The notes under the pieces are model-generated. The model was not told the DNA's origin, ran no database searches, and was given only the letters and a program-made list of their open reading frames with translations. Shown one piece after another: positions 1-15,517 of a stretch of 64,000 nucleotides of DNA. How positions within the stretch are numbered: position 1 is the first letter of the stretch; each line of letters begins with the position of its first letter. The translations under genes were made by a program, and so were the position numbers. The stretch is from the NCBI GenBank assembly GCA_011109175.1, contig RDEW01000067.1, positions 62,001-126,000 of the forward strand, read 5' to 3'. Source of the DNA: Dicyema japonicum. Its lineage: Eukaryota; Animalia; Dicyemida.

Positions 1-2738
<2,738 letters not shown>

Positions 2739-2892
2739 AATTTAATTTAATTTTCTAAAAAATGAATTTTATTTACAAATTTTTTAAATTCTAAAATTTT
2801 ATATATTTAACTTTGTCTGTGATTTTTGGTTTTTAATAATAATAAACTGCAACTAAATTTTATTTAATTTTCACTTTTTGATAATGGAACCT

Positions 2893-2952
2893 GGCGTCAT
2901 GTGGTTCACCTTTTGTGGTGGCGCTCAGTGTAGTAATACACCAAAAGAACCA
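2893..2952 (+). ncRNA. HDV-fold-like pseudoknot motif, copy A
   Basis: GGCGTC-ATG-TGGTTC-ACC-TTTTGT-GGT-GGCGCT-CA-GTGTA-GTAA-TACAC-CAAAA-GAACCA. P1 includes a G1.U wobble; P2 is TGGTTC/GAACCA; P3 is ACC/GGT; P4 is capped by a GNRA loop. Confidence 0.6.
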
Positions 2953-3549
2953 TTTGCTCTTCCCCATCCAGACTCCTTATGCCTGGATAGTATACCTCAA
3001 ATAAATAATTTAATTTTCAATTTTTTAAATTTAACGCTTCTTGTCCTTGATACCATCCGCACTCCAAGAGGTTACAAAAAGTTAATTTGACCAGAACACA
3101 AAATCTAACCCATTAAAAATTTCTTGATTGAATTACAGCAGAAATTCTTAAAGGCGGTTAGTCTACAGAGCTGACCTTAATCCCATACACTATCACAATA
3201 TCTACAGTCATACAGAAAGTTTGAGCCGATTCTGTGCCCGATGAGAAGAGCTGTACAGGATTCTCAACCCCATAGCACTCGTTCTCTCACTTGTCGGTCT
3301 GAGATCACTTAGTTGAAAATTTTTTTTTTCTTTTTACATGCTATCCTTGGGGTAATGATAACTGATATGTGTCTGAATCGAGGTTATCTTAAAGAGCCAT
3401 ATTTTCACGGCTTTCTGAAAGTAGCCAAACCCCTCAGTCTCCTGAAAAATACAGTGACTTCCTGTTCATCCTCCCAATTGTTTTAAAAACGACGAATCTA
3501 AAAACTGAGTTTGGAAAATTATTAAAGATCTCTCTTCCTTACTTCTGGT

Positions 3550-3613
3550 GACATCATCTGATCATTGTTACTCAATAGACGGCAAATTGCCTGGCCGGCA
3601 TTCAAAATGATCC
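3550..3613 (+). repeat. Decayed copy F of the pseudoknot motif (same subfamily as 30656-30718)
   Basis: Aligns end to end with 30656-30718 (…TTACTCAA…CTGGCCGGCATTCAAAA.GATCC) and shares the upstream pyrimidine tract ending TTCTGGT. Confidence 0.6.
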
Positions 3614-3709
3614 ATCTAAAATTACATGAGTATTTAGCTGTTACATTGGTCTTAAGACAAAAAAAATACTTTTTTGGTTAAAAATAAAAGTTATGAATTA
3701 AACGATCTT

Positions 3710-4744
3710 ATTATTCGATTTAGGGTAAATCGCTTTATAAGGGATTCTGCAGTTATTCTTCTCGCGTGTCAGTTTCATGTAGCCTTGGATTCCCCAAGAT
3801 ATCCCCTTGCATTTTTAATGAGCCAGCATTTTTCTTCATTTAAAGCTCCATAGCCGACAACAGTGACTTCATGGTTATATTTCAAACTCGAACTATTTTT
3901 GAAATGGAAGAGCCATTGTAGCATTGAAATCCTGCTACATCCCCCGCAACTCTACCACTGACAGGACCGAAATTCACGAGAGCATGCAAAATCATTTTTC
4001 ATCTCCATTTTTAATCGCTTCCAATCAAATGAAATTTAACATTTGGCTTACCACCATGTTTGCATTTACCTACCTTCATAATAATTTATCTAAGGATTAC
4101 CTTCCCTTGATGACGTTTTCTTGAGTTAATTCCTCCGTTTCTTACGTAATCAAACACTAAAAAGGAAAGTCCTCCACCGCATCCGTATTCCATTAAAGTC
4201 AACCACAGTTTGTTCGCTCATGGATATTAGTATATTGCGTTTGATTGCATAATGCGACTACAAGGTAGCCAACTAAATACATTAAACAGCATAGCATGAG
4301 CCACATTATATCCTTGCTCTTTTATGCCGGTGACAAGGTTTTGACTTACCCAACTAAAAATGTAGGATATCTTATTTCATCAACGTGAGTCGTGTAATGT
4401 TAAAGTAATTCATCATCGTACGTATCATGAGAATCATGAGCTTCATATAATTTGAATTTGTTTGGTTTGCTGATTTCATTTTTTGTCTACAAATATATAT
4501 TGTGAGATAATCATGTCAGCGAATTGATTTATCCCCAATTCATGCAAAAACTGTCCTTGTTTTGAGAGTGAATTGTGGTGGTCGACGAATCTTAAATTTT
4601 CAATAAAAAAAGCCTTTCTAACGTTAAGTTCTAAACCAGAATATGATTTATCTGTAAAAGTTAAAAATTAATTCAATTATATTTTTCTTTCCATTTGATT
4701 CATAATATTGACGTCTTTAAACGAATCTTCGAATTTTTTTTCAT
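3710..4744 (-). pseudogene. Cathepsin L-like papain-family (C1A) cysteine protease with frameshifts and stops
   Basis: Prodomain INQFADM; VTGIKEQG..CGSCYA; MSEQTVVD; YGCGGG; NHEVTVVGYG; WLIKN..SWGIQGYMKL. Frame breaks fall in the QGxCGSC and NSWG motifs, and stops follow CYAV. Confidence 0.8.
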
Positions 4745-5599
4745 AATAAAAATTTATTAACAATAAAATATTATTTATTAACTATGGGGGAGAGCGGCTG
4801 CTGACATCACGGAGTAAGCGTTTCCTCAGACAACTGCGATACCTTCTTTGCTCCTAGCCAGTTTGGGTTAAAAACATGTCCACTCATCTTCGAATTTGAA
4901 ATGAATGTTAATGAATAAAACGTAGGCTGATCATTTAATTAACTTCCATGTAATCTGTCATCCTTTGCAAGAATCGCATTGACCCACTCAATTTTATATT
5001 CCTGTCCTGGATTAAATCTGGAATCTTTGCTACAATGAACAACAAACAGGTTAGATGTCTCGATCCTTGGAATGAAATCCGATACGAAAGGGCACTGAAA
5101 AAACTAGAAAGATCCGCCGATATCCATCGGCGTAATGACTATTCCATAAAGTCGGGGAGATGTCTTGTTCGGGACTCAACATGCACAGATATTCTCACAA
5201 ACGTGAATTTGCTCAAGTCAGACAGTACTCTGAAAATTCTAAAAGGAGGGAATACCGTAGCATTGTGGATCGGTCACCTTCATGATGATCTCCGTTGATA
5301 CGTTTGGGGGGTCGAAAAATCTCGTGAGTAACGCATTTATTCTGATTACTTTCAACCATATTCAGCATATCCCACTTTCCAAATGATACTGTTAGTAGAA
5401 GAATAAATGATCTCGCCGAGAATATTTTGTCCATTGTAATCGCGAAGATTAAAAATTCAATGTTCCAATTTTTTGCTATCCAAATTTATGAATTAATATG
5501 ATAATTCACTAATTTAATGAAGGACCGCGAAGTTTGTTTGAGAACCACTGGTGTAGATGAACCAAAAATTATTTTGTCGAGTTTATTGAATCACAAAAA

Positions 5600-6060
5600 T
5601 TAATTAATAATAAGAATATATACGTTTTTAATGACCAATAAATTAGTTATGAAAAATATTAAAACAAATGTGGTATCAAAAAAGAAATTCATTGAAGACA
5701 TGTTATACTCAGCTGGGCCACTTGAAACCTTACACACTGATAGTGGAAAAAAGTTTTGTTTTGTAACTTGGAGATTTCGAAAAATTATGTCATTGGGGAT
5801 AAACGCGATTCATTGAGATTAAGACAACCTCAATCACAGCGGCAAGTGCTACAATCCACCGCTAAATTTCTAATAAATAAAAAACCGAATTACCTTCTCA
5901 AACTGAACATTTTTCAGATGAAATTCAAAAAACTTGTTTCTTTTAGATATTGGATTAGACCATCAAACATCAGAACATTTCGAAAGGTTAAAGAAAACGA
6001 GAATATAAATTTTCAAAAAATCATATCAAAATAGGCGATACCCAAAGACAAAAAACATCC
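5600..6060 (+). mobile_element. Degenerate Ginger/rve-type DDE integrase fragment
   Basis: GPLETLHTDSGKKF and RQPQSQRQV correspond to the L(H/Q)xDNGxEF and RxPQSQGxVER motifs; frameshifted. Confidence 0.6.
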
Positions 6061-7205
6061 TTGGACACTTTTTGAAAGAGAACAAATATGTTGTTATCGA
6101 AAAACATTTACATTTGTTGTTCTTAAGCAGAATTTTATCACAAAAATACGCGGGATTTAAAAAAATTAACCATCGTTGATTTCAAATTAACAATCTTGTT
6201 CTGAGTCAATTCCATGACTACAGTTCCGCAAAAATGGCATGATAGTAACACAAACATAAGGAAATCGATTTATGACGGACAGCAAATGCGTCTCTATTCT
6301 GTCACAATATTGGGGTTAATGGACTCTCACTATCATAGATTGTTATTCCAAGCTTGCCTGATGCTATGCACGAGTTAAAAAATCCAGTGAAGTGGGACCA
6401 TCTGGAATGGATATATGACTTTTGGCCCCCCACAATTCTGCATTCACATGACATTAAAAAGTTTAAAAATTCCGTCTGATACTCTCCGGTGTCATAAGAC
6501 CAAATCCCAGGACATCAAAACCCCTTGTCTTTATTCAAATAAACATAAATGAAAAAAATGTTCTTGAGCTCGAGGACCTTCTGATAAAGTAGAATCCAGG
6601 AAATAGATTTATAAAAAAATTTGAAATCAGCATAGCCGATGGATTTAATGCCACCCAACCACACATGCGAACTATAATGGTATCAATCTACATAATCAAT
6701 ACTTTTTATACAGTCCAAAGGAAGCTTCTTATTGGAACTGTCTGACGTTTTTTCTGTCTTTCTTTTTTCGGTGATCCCGGAGTTATAAATGAAATCATCA
6801 GATGGTCTTTAATTATTGGGATTATCGACTAACAATGCAAGAATAAATAATTTCTGAATGTGAGGGACTGACATAGTGAAGTACAATTACATAACAATAT
6901 AGAATATATAATAAACTGAATATCTGAATCAATATTGATGAAATAAAACAGATGAAGATTAACAAAACATTTATATAAAACATTCTGGTAAACAATATTC
7001 CACCATTAAAACAGATATAGTATAATAAATCTAATATAACCACAAAATAACCACAAACATGATACTCGAACGTGGTGATTAATAATAATACATCAAATTT
7101 CATAATAAAGGTTTACCAAACCGATGACTGATCTTCTCGAATCTTCTACGTTTACTGCAATCGCAAGATGATCATCACAAGACATAATAATTCAGTATTG
7201 GGTAA

Positions 7206-7522
7206 TTGGGGATGGAAGTCGCTAAAGAATCTTTTGAGATGTCTTTCCTCAAATATTGTCGGAAGAAACCTTCCCAACCACGGGAAGTTCATGTGAATTT
7301 GGCACACCTCCGTTGTGGTCACAATTTACGTTCCTATCTGAACAGAATCGGACAATCGTCCTCTTCACTTTGCCCATCATGCCTTCTTGACGACTAAAAT
7401 ACGGCCTTCTCTTGTCCACATTCGAGTTCTGTACAGCATTAAATACACTTGACTGATATATGGGAGCGTCCTTCCTTTGCTATGACTTTCTTGTTAGTCG
7501 AAAGGACCGGGGGTAATAAACT
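7206..7522 (+). mobile_element. LINE 3' end fragment
   Basis: LAHLRCGH..LNRIG..LCPSC; ends CCGGGGGTAATAAA like the other LINE/SINE tails in the window. Confidence 0.7.
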
Positions 7523-8205
7523 AAAAGTTGGATGAACCCCATTTGAAGAATACCCGCATTTCCGGATGAATATCACGAAATATATTCTCCAATGATTGGT
7601 ACTAGGACATTTGGCGGACAGGACATTTAACGTCTGTCGGCCAAATGTCTGGACACCCCAATAATTACAGATAAAATTTGCTCTTTTTGTTCTCTTGGCC
7701 TTCTCAGCGGCTAAGCAGACTCCAGAGGCACTCTGATGTAGGTTGGTAGGGGAAAATGTGTAGTGTAGGTGACGTCTCAGACAAATGGTTTCACAGCTTC
7801 AAGAGAAGATTACTTACTCAGAAAAAATTTTGGGTTAAAAAACATGTCCACTCATATCCGCAGTTGTGAGTATTCCTCCGGTTGTGGAGTATAGAGAGAT
7901 CTTTTTTAATACGGTCCAGGCACCGGATGTTTTCTAGAAAGGTCGTATGACGACTCGTAGGATTTGAAGATCCCGAAAAACAGCGAGAAATCCTTCGAAC
8001 AGGTAGATAGCCCCAACCAATCGCGACAGGAATGAGAGTATTAACCACTATGGTGTCATAGATCAAGTAATCAAACTCTCGATCACCAACGTCTACCCAT
8101 TCACACCTCCTAACCACCAAAACTTGCTCAATAATGCCATAACTGTAAATTGGAGACTTTAAGTTACGCCACAAATCAAAACGGAGACGAAATATTTATT
8201 AACAA

Positions 8206-11200
8206 TTAAGCATTATGTCGTACTCCCCCAATTCCCAATGCAGCAATCGCCTCGACACATTCCTGAATAAACAAAATTGACACCTTAAACTCTTTGGGAA
8301 CGTTCTTCAACCTCAAATTATCAAAGTAAAGCCGAATTCTATAGTCACTTAGCATTACGGAGTCATCGCTCTCACATTCCTACAAATTAGGAGATTAAAC
8401 AACTCTTTCAAAGAGAACTTTCAGTTCCTTCAATTCCCTCAGTAAAATATCCCTCGTTCTATTTGCCGAAAATGCAGAATTTGCTGCCCAATCATATTCT
8501 CTTCTAATTTCCGAAATTTCCCGCCTTAAATCACAAATAATCTCGTTGTCCCTCCCAACTTGTTGATCCCGGAGTTTAAGAGTCTATTTGAGCTATAATA
8601 CTCCAACAGTTTGCAATTCTGACAATCTCTTCTCGTTTTCAGTCAGAATAGGCAATTCCGTCTCTAATTTCTGACTCAAAGAAGTGATGTGTTGTCGTTG
8701 GTTAGATATAACGTCCTTAAGCTCGCGGTTTTCCGCCTCAGTTCTAACAACTGCTTCATTCAACATCGTTATTTTTGAAGGTGGAATCTTCTGCTGTTGG
8801 TAAGCGTTTATTATACTTGGGTTTTCAATTTTTCGAGATTTTTCTCCTTGTTATCTAGAAGTCTTTCCACGTCGGCAATCCGTTCATAAAGGCGGGATTT
8901 TTCGGCATTTAATTCATTCACTTTCGAAACTAAATTTTCAAAATTTGAAAAAATTTCCTGTTAATTTTATTTAATTTTTACATTTAATTTCGTATTAATT
9001 GGAAAATTTATTTGAAATAAATTTTTATTTTTTGACGGCGGGAAAAATTCGTTGGTAATTGTTTGATTTAATTCCCGCCATTCATTTAAACTTAAAGCCT
9101 CCACGTGAGGAACAAGTTTATTAGAAGTATGACTATTTTTTATCATTTTTGTTTTGGTGTGGCAACTGATACTTTTTATAATATTTTCATTTAATTTGCA
9201 ATATTTTCTCATTTAGTTTCCTTGTCAGTTTCTAAAAATTAGCACTTTCTTACCAATAGAATAAAATATTCTGTTAATACAATTTACATGCTGAATGACC
9301 TCATTATTCGCACGAGAATGACTGGCCAAAATAAGTTGTACAAATAAAACACACATCGCAAATCTTTTAAATTTTCTTATATTTTTTCCCGCTCTTTTTT
9401 GAATTTCTAATTTTTCCAAAATTTCCTCGACGACTTCCTTATATTCAAAGTATTTGCTGGTCTGCTGTTTATATAAGGAAATACAAATTGGCGTAAAATC
9501 AGCAATTTTTGGATTAAATTAGAATTGTCGGCCTTCAATTTTATTGCATTTTTGACCAGCAAGAATGTGGACAGTAGGAAACTAGAATTGATTTTCTCAG
9601 CTTTTTTGATTTTCTCTTCGCAGGATTCGATGATTTCCTCATTTACTAGTCTGAGGGAGTTGGCTGAACTCAGACATTCTAGCATTTGCTTCTCATCAGT
9701 CGAAGTCTGGTATCACCATATATTCATACAGTTTGTTGTCGTAATAATTGATCAATAATTTTAAACAAATTATCATTCATTTATTGTTACATTCATTCTT
9801 TTCTTGTTTTATTTGATTTTTGGCGGGAAAATCCGTCCGATTGAGGTTGTCAATTGCAGAGATCTAACAAATCAGAGTAAACTACTTTATTTTCCCTTTC
9901 TTTGTAAACTTTGACAAGAAACTTGATTTTAGAAGTGATAGGAAACTCACTTTTCCCGATTCCTTTCAGTAAACAACAAACTTCAAAGTTTAGCCTTAAA
10001 TGCTCATAAATCGTGCTTTTCAGTGTATCCAGTAATTTCCCACTTTCTCCTTTAACTTTCCGCCAGTCTTCCTTTAAACCAGTCCACCATCTATCTGGGG
10101 AATTTTCCCACTTAAAGTTCTCGCATGCTAGGAGCTTCACATTGTGGACCAGATCAGAATGAAGAGATTTCCAGTGTTTTGCTTCATTTTGTGCCTAATA
10201 TGCCTTAAATCCCTACTTTGATCAAATTTCCCTTCAAGAATTCCACGTGGTTTATCTGTTCTTGCTTTTCTGACGAAATCTTTTTGGCCATCTTTGACAC
10301 AGAGTCACACTGTTTGGTTAAGCTTGGATCTCACATTAGTCTACTTTGATAGTGTATTTTCAAATTTTTTTTCTCTAATCAACTCTGCCTTTTTTTCCCG
10401 CTCTTCCAATAACTTTTCCAGCTTTCCAAGCTTTTTGTCTTTGATTAAGACAGTTGCCTCAAGATCCCTGCAAATTACACTTCCTCAACCTCATCTGGAG
10501 TTGTGCATCTTTCAGTTGGCACTCATAATCCGAGACAGTCATCTCTAGCTGTCGAACGTTTGCCTGGTTATCAATTACAGCAAACATTGAGTAGTTCAAT
10601 GTCTTCCATGGCATGAATGTATTGTTTACGGTTATTACAGGCGGTTACACTCACTTGCTCGAATTGGGTGGACATTTCCTCCATTTCACAGATCACTCGT
10701 TTGTTTTCATCAGATAACACGTGTATTTTATTATTAAGCTCTAAAATTTGGTCGTTTTTGTTTTTTTGAGTTAAATTTGCTGATATTTTTAGATCCGACA
10801 ATTTCTCGCTTAAATTTTCGATCTGTATGGAAAAGTTCTCCTAAATGTAACCGAAACGTCCCTGCCTGGCTTTCAGTTCTCTCTTTTTTCATTTCGTCAA
10901 TCATTTCACTGTTTCTGTTCAATTCTTCGAGACAGGACTTTAATTTTTCTGTTTGAGTAATCTACGACTACCTTTGAGAATTCTAGCGGCATTTTCTGAT
11001 TCTGTTTGATCCTTTGAGGCCGCATCGAGAATTCCCGCTCTCTCAGTTTCCATTTCGGCGATTTTCAAAGTAGACGAATCTAGTTGCGCTTGAAGGTCCT
11101 CGACTCTGGCTTCGGATTTGGATAAACTGACTTGAAGTAAGTTGACCTACGATATTGTGTGACGCAAAACCTTTTCATTATGCTTGAGTAGCAAATCGAG

Positions 11201-11266
11201 ATATTTTGTTTCCACCTTCTGCGCGTTGAAGAGAGCGTCTTCCAACCGTTCTATAGTTACTTCCAT
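8206..11266 (-). CDS. Long coiled-coil protein, tentatively CCDC171-like; multi-exon with tiny introns
   Basis: ATG at 11266. The reading frame is restored by introns 11147-11170, the GC-AG intron 10841-10865 and others. Heptad-rich; YLDLLLKHNEKV and RKFKRFAMCVLFVQLI recall CCDC171 segments. Stop TAA at 8206-8208. Confidence 0.7.
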
Positions 11267-11899
11267 TAAAACTCTCTAATAGATCTCTCTCTGTTTTATA
11301 GCTAAAACTCAAAGGGTTCACTTCGTTGTTTACCATTGTTTCTATGGACACTTTACTGCTATTCTTGATTTTTGAAATTTTACAAAATCTCGGGATAAAG
11401 GGAAGAACAGCTAATATGGATAGAGTCTATGTGTTAGAAAACTATCTTCCATTCCTCTATAGGAAGAACTGATATGCCAATTTTGTTCAGTCTAGTAAAC
11501 CTGTATGACGACTGCAGTCTAAGCGCGAAAAATGAAAAATAACAAGCAAATCGATAAGTAGTTGCTTGGTAAGAGAAAAAGTTTGGGTCTGTAAGCTAAA
11601 AAAATATGTATTCTCAACGAGGTGACGAGCATGAAAACAAAAACCAAATGATCACAGGACTGATGCTTGGAAAGCCATTACGTCGTTCTAAGTTCACTCT
11701 TCCGTGTTCCGGCAAGTCGGCCGATTGTTTCATGTGCGTCCAGTCTGAATAAATTAATTACGGGATATAAACTATTTATAAAATTAAATAATATCTAATT
11801 TAATTTTAATTTATTATAAATTTATTAAATTGATTTAAATAAGGTTAAACATAATTCCAAATAGTTACTAGAAAAATATACAGATAAAAATTGCCCCAG

Positions 11900-12098
11900 A
11901 GCACTCGAGTCTATCATAGATGACTGGAGGCAATTTCAGAAGAGAAAAGAAAAGACCCCCGTTCGTATAGAAAATGCGATGGGATCACAGTCGGAGCATC
12001 GAGAAAAATGGCCCGATTATTGAGAGATGCCGGGATCACCTGAATACTAGTATTGGTTAAGACGGTGTTTCTTTGGCTTAAATAATAATAATAATAAT
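11900..12098 (+). mobile_element. LINE 3' end with (TAA)n tail
   Basis: Encodes EKMARLLRDAGIT*, matching the terminus (EAAGIT*) of the LINE at 20780-24045; followed by TAATAATAA. Confidence 0.7.
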
Positions 12099-13850
12099 AC
12101 GAATTACTACTCTTATACAATGCATCGATTAAACATGATTACCTTAGCCTGCAGTAAATAGACTCATAAAACTGGACTCTACATAGCACACGACTGAACA
12201 ACACTGCCCTGCGACGGAATTTGAGATTATTCAAGCGTAACCATGTACAAGAGGATGATGTGTTTGACATCTTGATTGAATATAGATTTCATTAAAATTG
12301 GTTCTTGGAATATACCGAATATGGCGTGTGAGTAGCAGGACCCGGTTATAAAACGGACACCTACAGTGTGGACATTGTGCATCTCTGGATAGAAGAATTC
12401 TAGATCTTTTTTTGCTTCCCCTGGACCACGTGAAAGCGTCCTATCTTTGTACCACTTCTTCTAGATAGAAAAATAATTTTATTAACATAACAAACTCGCT
12501 ACTAATTAAAAAATAATTAAACAGGGAGAAGCCAATGAGTTTGTCCTAGCTGATGGGGTCTGTACCACTTCTTATAATGGTCGCTGCCTTTTTATCTGTC
12601 AGCGATGCTAGTTAATCTAAGTGATGCTAAGTAGTTTCATGACTATCTCCAAAATTGTGTATTTAGTTTGGTTGTGGCGGTCACACCCCCCTTTTTCAGA
12701 ATATGTCAAATACGCTTTCGAAAGAATCATAATATTTTTATATGATAGATAAAAGGGTATCTATGCAAGCCTAGAACTAGAAGTGGAGAACTTTAGAAAG
12801 AAATCGTGAACGGCAGCTCAGCGCTCTCCCCGTAGTCACTACCGTGAAAATAATTTGGTAGTTGCTTGGTAAAGAAGGGAAATTCTGTCTGTTCGCTACT
12901 TCCTCCACGAGCAGATGAGCCCGCTTTTGGTTGTTACGTTTCTATTAGTCACCGGTTTACTTCACTTGAAGGGGTCTGGGGTAAATAAATGAAGAACTAT
13001 ACCTGATACCTCACCCTTTTTTGTTGGTTGTTGATGGGAATGTTCCGATTGAAGACACGAACTTTTTTAGGAATAGGCCTGGAAACGTCTTATTAAGCAT
13101 GTGTCCTGAATTTAACCTTTTCCGAGCATCCACACGTCACAAAATAACATGGTCTGACTACGTCACCAGCAAACGTCAAGATACCTAATCGATTGCGTCG
13201 TCTCGCTCAGAGAATTCTTTAGTAACTCCAAAACTATTAGGATAGGAGATTATTCTCAAGGGACAACATGATTAGAAATTGTGTAGAATACTTCAGTAAT
13301 ATAATTAAATGGGGTACCTACCGTTGTTGAAAGTCTGTTCCGTATACATATTAATTTGCTAACCACAACTTCGCTAACAGCTGGCAACCATTAGGAAGAG
13401 CTACTTGCACATCAAACCCTTATGGTCCAGGGGAAGCAAGGAACTGCTCCGTACTTTAATCTTTAACGACTTCTCCGTGCCTCAAAGGAGGATAAAAATT
13501 AATTCTAGAATTTTTGTTTTAATTGGTATTATTCTTATTCGTCAAACCGCAGTTAATTTGAGAATTTAAAAAAGTAAAATGTTAATGAAAGTTACTCATT
13601 TTGAAATTTTTCTTAGCGATTTAAATAATTGATTTATCATAAATTACCACGAAATATAATTTAGAATTTCTCTCCCAGAATATCTCGTGGGTAATCAATT
13701 CGCATTGAGACCGTCCGCGTGTTTAATTTAATCCATTTTGAGAATGGTTTAGTACTTTTACTGTTTTTACGTGATCACTTAACCATAACTTAAGAAATTT
13801 TTTATTTAAGAGACATTAAGCAACGGTACAGGAAAACTATATAAAAGCCG

Positions 13851-15517
13851 ATGCATTCGAATATTCTAATGCATCATAACATTAGTAGTGATCAGGTATT
13901 TAATCGTTTAAATCTTTAGTCTCTCCAAAAGAGTCCAAATTGATGATTGTAATCTTTCTGGTGACAGTCATCGGCTGCACGCTACAGTTTGGCCACGGAC
14001 TATCGGTTATCGACGGAATCGAGCCTGTTTGATATATTGTAACGTTTAAGTTCCTCAGTGAGTTCATTTCATCCATTTTGGCTGATCGGTATCAAATAGC
14101 TGAAAGTAAACTGCATAAAGCGGAAAATTTGATTTACACTGGAATGGCCAGCATATTCGTTCTAGGGTTGCTGTTCGGGTCGTTTCTCTCAAAACCGATG
14201 ACTGACAAATTCGGAGAAGAGGGGGATTGCTTATTAACAATGTTTTTATTGTAACTGCGGCCATTCTTCAAGGAATAGCCAAAAAGATCAACTCCTTTGA
14301 AATTATTTATGTTGGGAGATTCATTGCAGGGTTTGGGGGAGGTTCGGTTTCGGGATATTGTAGGAATTATTCTACCCTTATCAATCATGTTTTTGATGGA
14401 AATTTCTACGAGGAGAAATAGGGGGAAGGCTGCAGTAATAAATCAAGTATTCATCTCAGTCGGGATTACATTCGCTCAGCTGATCACATTCCGTCAAATA
14501 TTTGGTTTCCGTTTTATGTAACTCAGGAACCGAGGAATTGTGGCCCATTTCGTTTGCAATCACCATCATTCCCGCCGCTCTGGCGATTATTGGTCTTCCG
14601 TTATGCCCAGAAAGTCCGAGTTGGTTGCTCATGAAAAAACGAGACGAAGATGCTTATGACTGTACTTCCTATTTTAAGTAAAGCTCTCCGGAAATTACGG
14701 AGTAATGAGAACATTGGGGCTGAGTATAAAGAGTTGATAAACGAACAGTTGGCCACCACGTGCAAGACAGTAAGCGTGTACGAAGTCTGCACAAAAAAGG
14801 AGTACAGACGGGCCATCAGTGTAATCTCTATTGTTTTCTTTGTCCAACAATTTTCTGGGATTAATATGGCACAATCTTATGTTTGAATAATTCTAGATCC
14901 TCGCCTTCTCAAACAACATTTACAGAAATGCCGGGCTCTCAGACGACAACGTCCAATACGCCATTATTGGGTCGGGAATAGCCCTGACTATTTCCTCCTG
15001 CATCGCTGTATTAAGTTAGGGATGATGATAGGGACCCTTCATTGACACTGTGGGCAGAAAGAAGCTATTGATTTACCCCCTGGCTGTCATGATCCTCATG
15101 CTAATATTGGTCACAGTGTCTCTGATCTATAAATCATATATATTGTCTTTTGTAAGCATATATTGCTACATGCCTTGCTTCGAAATCAGTCTCGGAGTCA
15201 TCGCTCAGTCCCTCATGGTTGAGTACTTCCAACAGGACGCTCGATCTTCTGCCACATCCATCGGAATCTGTGTCTCGTCATTTTCCAATTTCGTCGCTTT
15301 TTGGATATTTAAACCCTTCATAGACAATGTAATGATTTCTGTTGACTTTTAGGAAAAAATACGAGATTATTCGTTCATTATATTCATAGTTCTATGCACA
15401 ATTTGCCTCGTAGTTCTCCAAATATACACAGTCGAGACGGTTAATAGGACATTCGAGGACATCACTCGGGACTTGAAGGGAAAAAGGAAAGACAATAAAA
15501 TCGGATATCAATTATAG
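13851..15517 (+). CDS. Facilitated glucose transporter (SLC2/GLUT family, MFS sugar porter)
   Basis: LQFGH, DKFGRR(G), VGRFIAG, EIS..RNRG, PESPSWL, QQFSGIN, GRKKLL, EYFQQDARS, VET..RTFEDI; 22-28 nt introns. One apparent 1-nt deletion near 14216; first exon uncertain. Confidence 0.9.

Noticed and set aside
6822-7103. Hydrophobic 93-aa ORF
   Set aside because: Low-complexity AT-rich sequence giving I/F/L/Y bias; no motif support.
7606-7658. GACATTTGGC.GACAG inverted repeat
   Set aside because: Looks like a collapsed MITE or transposon-end remnant; too short to classify.
7818-8174. 118-aa ORF as a host gene
   Set aside because: Shares sequence with 4860-4890, so it is probably a degenerate DNA-transposon (possibly MULE) fragment; family not supportable.
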